Origin: Clostridiales bacterium
Lineage (GTDB): Bacteria > Bacillota > Clostridia > Saccharofermentanales > Saccharofermentanaceae
Direction of reading: 5' to 3'
DNA: 64,000 nucleotides
Assembly (NCBI GenBank): GCA_017620475.1
Contig: JAFZQI010000021.1
Coordinates: 3,063 to 67,062 of the forward strand
Position numbers and translations under genes: made by a program. Below are positions 8,590 to 16,369 of the stretch, piece by piece (the first letter of the stretch is position 1; each line of letters begins with the position of its first letter). Below the pieces are notes generated by a model. That model had not been told where the DNA came from. It was given only the letters and a program-made list of their open reading frames with translations, and ran no database searches.

Positions 8590-11286
8590 ATGAGAGGTCC
8601 GCCGGTTATTGTGGGTATGAGGGGTTTCCGTGTAAAGATGACGGTAATGATCGTGCTGGTAGTGCTGGCAAGTTCCGGCCTGCTTTCACTGATGAGTTAT
8701 CGCCGTGCAAGAAACAGTATGGTTTCCCAATCGGAAGCCACCTATAGTCTCGCTGCGGAGAAATATGCGCAGGAATTGTCCTCCTGGGTCAATTCCAATG
8801 GTGCAATTGTCAACACGATCGCTGCGGAGATCGAGATCAGCGGCATCTGTGACTGGGGATATGAAGAATTCCATAATTATCTCAAGGCTGGATATGACAG
8901 CATTAACCGCGACGGCGTCATCTATGATATCTATTTCACCTATCCCGATAACACCATGGCCTGTGCTTCGGACTTCCAGACAGACGGTTCCGTGGATTAT
9001 GTCCATGACCGCTTGTGGTATACGATCGCGAAGGATACCCGGGAACTTTACTATTCTTCACCTTACCGTGATTCGGACACCAAACAGCCGATCATTACGA
9101 TATCGAAGGCAGTTTATTCCGGTGATGAATTGAAGGGCGTACTCGCCGCAGATATATTCGTTGATATCCTCGTGGATATCATCCATGAAGCCAATGTGGC
9201 AGATAACAGCTATGCTTTCCTGGTCGACCAGAACATGGGCATGATCGTCCATCCCAATCCGGAGTATTCTTTCGATGATGTACCGACCGGGATCCTGAAA
9301 TTCCCTGATTCTCCTTATGTGGATGTGGTGGCCAATATCCGTTCGAATTCCATGGATATGGTCTATGTGGAGGACTACGACGGGGTTACGCGCGGCATCG
9401 TGGTTTCCGAAATGGAGAACACCGGATGGCATGTCGGTATCGCCACCAGCAAAGCAGAGATGATGAAAGGCCTGAGCGGGCTGGTCCGTGGATTTCTGAT
9501 CGCCGCGGTCGTGGCCGTGTTCATCGGCGGTGCTTTTGCCGTAGTGCTGGCCTACGTACTGGATAAACTCAGAAGACAGCAGCAGGAGTACGAAGAACAT
9601 GTGCTGAAATTGGAAAAACAGGCCGCAGATGAAGCCAGCGAGGCGAAGAGCCGGTTCCTGGCGGATATGTCTCATGAGATCCGTACGCCGATCAATGCGA
9701 TCCTGGGCATGAATGAGATGATCATCCGCGAGACCGAGAGCAAGGAGATCATGGGGTATTCCAAGAATATCCGGCAAAGCGGACAGAACCTTCTTCAGCT
9801 GGTCAACAGTATTCTGGATTTCAGCAAGATCGAGAACGGGAAGATGGAGATCGTTCCCGGAAGCTACAGCGTCAAAGAACAGATCGGTTATATCATCAAT
9901 TCGATTTCCGAGCGGGCCAGAGCGAAGGGGCTGGAACTGAAAATGGATATCGATCCGCAGATCCCTTGTGAGCTTTACGGTGATAATACACGTATCAACG
10001 AAGTCATTATGAATCTGCTCACCAATGCCGTGAAGTACACGGAGAGTGGTTCGGTAACCCTTTCAATCAAGGGAAAAGACCGTAAAGAAGATCCTGAGAA
10101 GTCGATCCTTCTTTATGTCGAAGTAACGGACACGGGAATCGGCATTAAAGAAAGCGACATGGACAGGCTCTTTGAATCCTTCGAAAGACTCGATGTGGAG
10201 AGAAACCGCAATATCGAGGGAACGGGACTGGGGATCTCCGTTTGTACGAAACTTCTGGAACTTATGGACAGTAAGCTTCAGGTTCGAAGTGTATATGGAG
10301 AAGGCTCGACATTCTGGTTCGAGATCCGGCAGAAGATCGTTGAGGACGAACCTCTTGGCGATTACAAACTGGCACTTCTTGAAGAGGAGAATGAATTCGT
10401 CTATCACGAGTCTTTCCGTGCACCGACGGCCCGTATCCTCGTTGTGGATGATACGAAGATGAACATCCTGGTAACGGCGAATTTCCTTAAGAAGACCGGG
10501 GTTAGGATCAGCACGGCGCTTAGCGGTGAAGAGGCGATCCGGCTGGCTTCTGAAAATGAATACGATCTGATCCTGATGGATCAGCGGATGCCGGGTATGG
10601 ACGGTACCGAGGCCATGAAGCGGATCAAGGACCTGGAGAATAAGAAAAACACGAATACGCCTTTTATCTGCCTGACGGCAGATGTGATCCGCGGGGCAAG
10701 GGAGAGGTATCTTCAGGAAGGTTTTGATAATTACCTGATGAAACCGGTAGACAGCCGGGAACTGGAGAAGATGCTCCTCGATTATCTGCCGAAGGAGAAG
10801 ATCGAACTTACGGATTCGAAGGAAGAAGAAGTTCCGTCTTCCAGGGAAGGAAGCAATGCGGAACTCTTCGCGGATCTGGCCAAGGCCGGAGTCGACAGCA
10901 GAACGGGCCTTTTCTTCTGCCAGCGGGATGAGGATATGTATAAGTCGATCCTTTCGGAATTCTGCATCGAACAGAAGACCAAGTCGTTGAATCTTCAGAA
11001 TTGCTATGAGCGGAAAGACTGGAAGAATTATGAGATCCATGCCCACTCCTTGAAAAGCACTTCCAAGACGATCGGTGCAAAGAAGCTCTCCGAGCTTGCG
11101 GCGGATCTGGAGGATGCGGCAGGAGCGGAAGATGAGATGGCGCTCCGCGAAGGGCATGACAAGATGATGGAGATGTACTCGGCGATCGTCTCCGTGATCG
11201 AGAAGGATCTGGGTATGGAGAATACGGATATACGGGAAAATGATGAAATATTTGAATTCCTTCCTGAGGGAAACGGTGAAGGATAA
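8590..11286 (+). CDS. Hybrid sensor histidine kinase: TM, Cache-like periplasmic domain, TM, HisKA, HATPase, REC, Hpt
   Basis: An N-terminal TM helix is followed by an extracytoplasmic domain of about 270 aa and a second TM helix. Motifs seen: H-box (SHEIRTPINAILGM), HATPase (VTDTGIGI, GTGLGISV), receiver (ILVVDD...LILMDQRMPGMDG...KP) and Hpt-like HAHSLKSTSKTIGA. The start codon is uncertain (8590, 8617 or 8638). Confidence 0.9.
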   Translation: MRGPPVIVGMRGFRVKMTVMIVLVVLASSGLLSLMSYRRARNSMVSQSEATYSLAAEKYAQELSSWVNSNGAIVNTIAAEIEISGICDWGYEEFHNYLKAGYDSINRDGVIYDIYFTYPDNTMACASDFQTDGSVDYVHDRLWYTIAKDTRELYYSSPYRDSDTKQPIITISKAVYSGDELKGVLAADIFVDILVDIIHEANVADNSYAFLVDQNMGMIVHPNPEYSFDDVPTGILKFPDSPYVDVVANIRSNSMDMVYVEDYDGVTRGIVVSEMENTGWHVGIATSKAEMMKGLSGLVRGFLIAAVVAVFIGGAFAVVLAYVLDKLRRQQQEYEEHVLKLEKQAADEASEAKSRFLADMSHEIRTPINAILGMNEMIIRETESKEIMGYSKNIRQSGQNLLQLVNSILDFSKIENGKMEIVPGSYSVKEQIGYIINSISERARAKGLELKMDIDPQIPCELYGDNTRINEVIMNLLTNAVKYTESGSVTLSIKGKDRKEDPEKSILLYVEVTDTGIGIKESDMDRLFESFERLDVERNRNIEGTGLGISVCTKLLELMDSKLQVRSVYGEGSTFWFEIRQKIVEDEPLGDYKLALLEEENEFVYHESFRAPTARILVVDDTKMNILVTANFLKKTGVRISTALSGEEAIRLASENEYDLILMDQRMPGMDGTEAMKRIKDLENKKNTNTPFICLTADVIRGARERYLQEGFDNYLMKPVDSRELEKMLLDYLPKEKIELTDSKEEEVPSSREGSNAELFADLAKAGVDSRTGLFFCQRDEDMYKSILSEFCIEQKTKSLNLQNCYERKDWKNYEIHAHSLKSTSKTIGAKKLSELAADLEDAAGAEDEMALREGHDKMMEMYSAIVSVIEKDLGMENTDIRENDEIFEFLPEGNGEG

Positions 11287-11300
11287 GGGGGACAAAAAGT

Positions 11301-13682
11301 ATGGCGAAGTGGATCATGGTCGTCGATGACGATACCGCAAACCTAAAGATGGCAGGGCATATCCTGAGCAGAAACAACATGCGTGTGACGGCACTGAAGT
11401 CGGGACAGGCGCTTCTGGATTATATTCCGGATAAAGGTTTTCCGGATCTGATCCTTCTGGATATCAAGATGCCGGAGATGGACGGATTCGAGACGCTGAA
11501 GAGGCTTCGTGCGCACGAAGAATCGGTTCACGCCGATAAGACGCCCGTCATTTTCCTGACGGCGGATGAGGATACGAATACGGAGACGCGCGGATTTGAG
11601 ATGGGCGTTTCGGATTTTGTTCGAAAGCCATTTAATCCCGATGTGCTGATGCGGCGTATCGATAATGTTATGTCCAGCCGTTCTGAGATGCGGTCCTTAA
11701 AGAGCGAGGCGTCGATCGATAAGCTTACCGGTTTTTTGAATAAAGGCGCCAGTGAAAAAGAACTGACTCACGTTTGTTCCAACAGTACCGGATGCCTGAT
11801 GATGATCGACCTGGATTCCTTCAAGCCCGTAAACGATATCTACGGTCATGATATGGGAGATAAGGTCCTCTTCGGATTTGCACAGATCATTCGAAAAGCG
11901 GTCCCGGAAGGAAGCACCTGCGGACGTTTGGGCGGTGACGAATTCGTGGCTTTTGCCAAAGGTGTGCTTTCGGATCAGGTCGTCGCGGAGATCACCACCA
12001 AACTCAATAACGAAGTGGTGGCACTGGCCAAGGACCTGATGGGGGCGGAGATGGATATTCCGCTGGGCGCTTCGGTCGGCGCGATCTATGTACCGAGACA
12101 CGGCAACGATTATAATGCCCTGATCAAACTGGCAGACAAGTCCCTCTATACCGTCAAGAAAAACGGTAAGCACGGATTTTGTCTTTATAGCGTGGACTCC
12201 TTTGAAGATGAGCAGGAAGGGGTCGGACTTCCGGATATCCGGTCCATCTCCGGTATCCTGGGAGAAAGAACGATCCCGGATGTTGCCCTGCAGCTGGATA
12301 AGGATTCCTTTGCACCGGTGTATCGTTATATCATCCGATACACGATCCGGAACCGGATCAGCGCGTGCAAAGTTCTTTTCACGCTGGAGCCGGCGGAAGG
12401 GATTTCCGGAGAAGAAGCCACCAACCTTCTCGATGAGTTCGGAAACCATATCCGCCAGTCCCTGCGTAAGTCCGATATCCTTATGAGAAACCGTAACAAC
12501 CAGTACTTCGTTTTCCTGACGGATATCCGTGAAGATTCCTATGAAAAAGTCATCCATCACATCGTGGAGACGTGGGAACATGAGCACGGAAATGTACTGT
12601 CGGTAACGCACGAAAGCGAATTCCTGGGGAATGATTACGAGAAGCGGTTCAATAAGAAGAAAGACCGAAATGTCATCATCGTGGATGACGACGCGATGAA
12701 CCTGCAGGTGGCGGGTAAGATCTTAAGCGCCGGCGGGATACGTGTCCGGGCGATTAAATCGGGGAAAGCTCTTCTGGAACATATCGAGCAGACGAGGGAG
12801 TATCCGGATCTGATCCTTCTGGATATCAAGATGCCGGAAATGGATGGCTTTGAGACGTTGAGAAGACTTCGCCTGATCAGTTCTGAGGCGGCCAAGGTTC
12901 CGGTCGTTTTCCTGACGGCGGACGAGAGTTCGGGCGCGGAGAGCAAAGGACTCTCGCTGGGCGCGATGGACTTCATCAGAAAGCCTTTCGTACCGGAAGT
13001 GCTCATGCTTCGTGTCCAGCATCTGATCGAACTGGTCACGCTGCAGAATCAGCTGAGTTATGAAGTCCAGATGAAGACGCAGGAGAACAGGAATCTTCTG
13101 GTACACGTGGTCGAGTCCCTGGCTGCGGCGATCGATACCAAGGATATTTATACGCGCGGCCATTCCGGAAGAGTAGCGGAGTATTCCAGGATGATTGCCG
13201 CAAGAGCCGGTTATTCTGAATTCCGCCAGGAGGAAGTCTACATGATGGGCCTTTTGCACGATGTCGGCAAGATCGGTGTTCCTAATAGCATCATCAATAA
13301 GAGTACCCGCCTGACGGATGAAGAGTTTGCCCTGATCAAGAAGCATCCGGGAATGGGAGCCCAGATCCTGGAGAGTATTAAAGAGGATCCGGAGCTGACC
13401 ATCGCGGCACGCTGCCACCATGAACGGTTCGATGGCAAAGGTTATCCGGAGGGCCTTTCCGGATTTGATATTCCGGAAGTGGCGCGTATTATTGCCGTTG
13501 CGGATGCGTATGATGCGATGTCCAGTGATAGAAGCTACCGTGGAAAACTTACCGAAGAACAGATCATTTCCGAGCTTACCGAAGGAAAAGGGTCGCAGTT
13601 TGATCCGAAGTTTGCGGACATTATGCTCGCAATACTTAAGGAGAAACCCAACCTGAAGCAGAAGGAGGATACTCATGAGTAA
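11301..13682 (+). CDS. Dual-receiver c-di-GMP enzyme: REC, GGDEF, degenerate GGDEF-like region, REC, HD-GYP
   Basis: REC1 (IMVVDDD...LILLDIKMPEMDG...RKPF), GGDEF (RLGGDEFVAF at 11931-11945), REC2 (IIVDDD...LILLDIKMPEMDG...RKPF) and HD-GYP (HSGRV, LLHDVGKIGVP, HHERFDGKGYP) are all present. Confidence 0.9.
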   Translation: MAKWIMVVDDDTANLKMAGHILSRNNMRVTALKSGQALLDYIPDKGFPDLILLDIKMPEMDGFETLKRLRAHEESVHADKTPVIFLTADEDTNTETRGFEMGVSDFVRKPFNPDVLMRRIDNVMSSRSEMRSLKSEASIDKLTGFLNKGASEKELTHVCSNSTGCLMMIDLDSFKPVNDIYGHDMGDKVLFGFAQIIRKAVPEGSTCGRLGGDEFVAFAKGVLSDQVVAEITTKLNNEVVALAKDLMGAEMDIPLGASVGAIYVPRHGNDYNALIKLADKSLYTVKKNGKHGFCLYSVDSFEDEQEGVGLPDIRSISGILGERTIPDVALQLDKDSFAPVYRYIIRYTIRNRISACKVLFTLEPAEGISGEEATNLLDEFGNHIRQSLRKSDILMRNRNNQYFVFLTDIREDSYEKVIHHIVETWEHEHGNVLSVTHESEFLGNDYEKRFNKKKDRNVIIVDDDAMNLQVAGKILSAGGIRVRAIKSGKALLEHIEQTREYPDLILLDIKMPEMDGFETLRRLRLISSEAAKVPVVFLTADESSGAESKGLSLGAMDFIRKPFVPEVLMLRVQHLIELVTLQNQLSYEVQMKTQENRNLLVHVVESLAAAIDTKDIYTRGHSGRVAEYSRMIAARAGYSEFRQEEVYMMGLLHDVGKIGVPNSIINKSTRLTDEEFALIKKHPGMGAQILESIKEDPELTIAARCHHERFDGKGYPEGLSGFDIPEVARIIAVADAYDAMSSDRSYRGKLTEEQIISELTEGKGSQFDPKFADIMLAILKEKPNLKQKEDTHE

Positions 13683-16236
13683 TCCAAATGACAACAATGA
13701 ACAGAATGAATTGTTTCATTCTTCGCACTTGATGCTGCTGATCACCTACACGGCGTTTACCGTGATCCTGATCGGTGAATCCTTTCTGATGGGGTGGGAA
13801 AAATGGCCGCTTCTGCTGATCTCTGCGGCAGTTATCGTTTGCTGGATCATGCATTTCAGGCAGGAGGCTTCTTCTTCGGTCAGAATTTGGATCTATGCGG
13901 TCCTGATGATGTGTACGTCGTTTTTCTATGGTATTCACCTAACGAGTACCTTTGATCTGGCGGTCGTTATGGCTGCGCTGATCGTGCTGTTTACGATGAC
14001 TGGTATGAAGTCGATGATCACGTTATGCCAAGTGACCTATTATATTACCATGGCCTACGATTTTACGCTGATGGTGATGAATGGTGATAAGTTCGACGGC
14101 CTTGTTCTTTCGAGGTCCGGACTTCATCTGGCCATGATCTTCTTTATCGGGTGGTTTGCCAAGACCATCATCGATAAGTGGACGCAGGTCCTGTCCAGTA
14201 CGAAGGATGAAGTCAAGCAGCTGTCGGAGGCAACCGAGAGACTGAATGACTTCCTGGCGAATGTTTCCCACGAGATCAGAACGCCGGTCAATGCGGTCAT
14301 TGGTCTGACGAGCATCTGTATCGATAAATCCCAGAACCGGGAGATCTACGGGGACCTGATTGCAGTCCGGGATGCCGGACGTAAGGTTGCGGAACAGATC
14401 AGTGATATCCTTGACTATTCGGAGATCGACCGGAAGAAGGCGGTCAGTAACAACGAAGACTATATGCTTTCCTCGGTCCTTCACGATTTGGTATCGGAGA
14501 TCCGCCATGGTAAATCCAAAGACGTGGAGCTGATCATCGATGTGGATCCGGCGATCCCGGCGGTGATGAATTCCGACGTCTCCAAGCTGAAAAAGATCCT
14601 GAGAGCGCTGATCTCCAATGGTTTGAAGTATACCCATAAAGGCGGTGTCTATGTCAGGATCTCCTGCGTCACGCAGGCATACGGAGTGAATCTCTGTATC
14701 GAGGTGACCGACACGGGAATCGGTATGACCGACTACGAATTGGAGAAGGTCTACGATAACTTCTATCAGGCGGATTCCGGCCGTTCGAGAATGGGCGGCG
14801 GATTAGGACTCGGTTTGGCTATCGTCTCCGGCTTTGTTTCACTGCTTGGCGGTTTCATGACGATCTCCAGTAAACCCGGCGTCGGTACTACCGTAAATGT
14901 CAGCCTTCCGCAGAAGGTGGTCGATCCGACAAGCTGTATGTCGGTAGCAAATCCGGATGAGCTGTGTATCGGCGCGTATCTGCATTTTGAAAAGTATACC
15001 GATCCGGCTGTCCGCGATTATTACAACTCTATGGTACTGAATATCGTTAAAGGCCTCGGCGTACAGATGCACCGCGTAAATAATCCGGAGGACCTAAAGC
15101 TCCTGCACGATACGATCCATATGACCCACCTGTTTGTGGCTGAAGAAGAGTACGGCTCCAATGTGGAACTTCTGGAAGAAATGGCTAAGGATATGTTTGT
15201 GGTCGTTGTGGCCAATGAAGACTTCGAGCTTCCTGAGCATGCCAATGCAAGAGTCATGGTAAAGCCGTTCTACTGCTTCCCGGTCGTGTCGATCCTGAAT
15301 ATGAATATCCATGATAAACAGAGCACCGGCAAGAAGATGTACTGCCGCGGTGTAAAGACACTGATCGTAGACGATGAGCCGATGAACCTCGTGGTAGGAA
15401 AGAGTATCTTCAGAAGTTACGGAATGGATGTCTATACGGTACTGAGCGGGCCGGAAGCCATCGATATCTGCCGCGAAATGGCATTCGACATTATCTTTAT
15501 GGACCACATGATGAGTGGAATGGACGGTGTCGAAGCCATGAAACGTATCCGTTCCGATGTCGCCGGAAAGAACGGTGAGATCCCGATCGTTGCCCTTACG
15601 GCTAATGCCATGAGCTCCGCCAAGCAGATGTTCCTTGCGGAAGGCTTTGACGGATTCGTGAGTAAGCCGATCGAAACCGAAGAACTCGAGCGCGTGATGA
15701 GACAGGTGCTTCCGAAGTCTTCAGTGACGATGGAGGAAATCGATGAGGTTGAGGAGAAACCGGACTATGAAGCCCTTCGGAACAAGTCGAAGGAGAAACA
15801 GGAAGCACCGAAGTCGATCCATGATCTGCTGCGGCCCTTGGGGATCGATACACAGTCAGGACTCAAATACTGCATGGGAGATATGGAGTTCTATAAGTCC
15901 CTGCTTTCCCAGTTTGCCTCGGAAGCCAAAGAGAAAACCCCGCTTATCGGACGGTATTATGAATCCGGCGAGTGGCATGACTACGAGATCCTGGTTCATG
16001 CACTCAAGAGTACGGCGAAGATGATCGGCGCGGATGATCTTTCCGAAAAAGCGAAGGCTCTTGAAATGGCGGCAAAAGAGAAGAGAGAAGAGTATATCGC
16101 CGAGAATCACTACGACATGATGAGTGAGTATTCCCGAGTGATCAAGGGAATCGAGTCCGCTCTCGGAGGAGAGCAGGAAGACGAGGAGATCCTTGAGTTT
16201 AACCCTGTTGTTGAGGAAGGAGGCGATGAGCAATGA
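13675..16236 (+). CDS. Hybrid sensor histidine kinase: multi-TM sensor, HisKA, HATPase, pseudo-receiver-like region, REC, Hpt
   Basis: A strong AAGGAGG RBS precedes the ATG at 13675, which overlaps the upstream stop. About 6 N-terminal TM helices are followed by an H-box (SHEIRTPVNAVIGL), HATPase (VTDTGIGM, GGLGLGLAIV), a receiver (LIVDDEP...IIFMDHMMSGMDG...SKP) and Hpt-like VHALKSTAKMIGA. Confidence 0.9.
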   Translation: MSNPNDNNEQNELFHSSHLMLLITYTAFTVILIGESFLMGWEKWPLLLISAAVIVCWIMHFRQEASSSVRIWIYAVLMMCTSFFYGIHLTSTFDLAVVMAALIVLFTMTGMKSMITLCQVTYYITMAYDFTLMVMNGDKFDGLVLSRSGLHLAMIFFIGWFAKTIIDKWTQVLSSTKDEVKQLSEATERLNDFLANVSHEIRTPVNAVIGLTSICIDKSQNREIYGDLIAVRDAGRKVAEQISDILDYSEIDRKKAVSNNEDYMLSSVLHDLVSEIRHGKSKDVELIIDVDPAIPAVMNSDVSKLKKILRALISNGLKYTHKGGVYVRISCVTQAYGVNLCIEVTDTGIGMTDYELEKVYDNFYQADSGRSRMGGGLGLGLAIVSGFVSLLGGFMTISSKPGVGTTVNVSLPQKVVDPTSCMSVANPDELCIGAYLHFEKYTDPAVRDYYNSMVLNIVKGLGVQMHRVNNPEDLKLLHDTIHMTHLFVAEEEYGSNVELLEEMAKDMFVVVVANEDFELPEHANARVMVKPFYCFPVVSILNMNIHDKQSTGKKMYCRGVKTLIVDDEPMNLVVGKSIFRSYGMDVYTVLSGPEAIDICREMAFDIIFMDHMMSGMDGVEAMKRIRSDVAGKNGEIPIVALTANAMSSAKQMFLAEGFDGFVSKPIETEELERVMRQVLPKSSVTMEEIDEVEEKPDYEALRNKSKEKQEAPKSIHDLLRPLGIDTQSGLKYCMGDMEFYKSLLSQFASEAKEKTPLIGRYYESGEWHDYEILVHALKSTAKMIGADDLSEKAKALEMAAKEKREEYIAENHYDMMSEYSRVIKGIESALGGEQEDEEILEFNPVVEEGGDEQ

Positions 16237-16369
16237 GAAAAGTTCTGCGTTATATTTTCAAGCCTTCCTCCCATGATCAGGAAGCGGTCCGTTCCATCTT
16301 CCATGGCTGGGCACACACAACGCAAATCATCGTTTTTTTCGTTACACTGATCTGCATATTATTCCTGGG

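Noticed and set aside
8577-8750. An ATG at 8577 directly after the AGGGGAGGAAG motif, considered as the true start of the first kinase.
   Set aside because: It is in a different frame from the kinase and terminates after about 57 codons. The motif may instead serve the 8590 start at longer spacing, so the kinase start remains uncertain.
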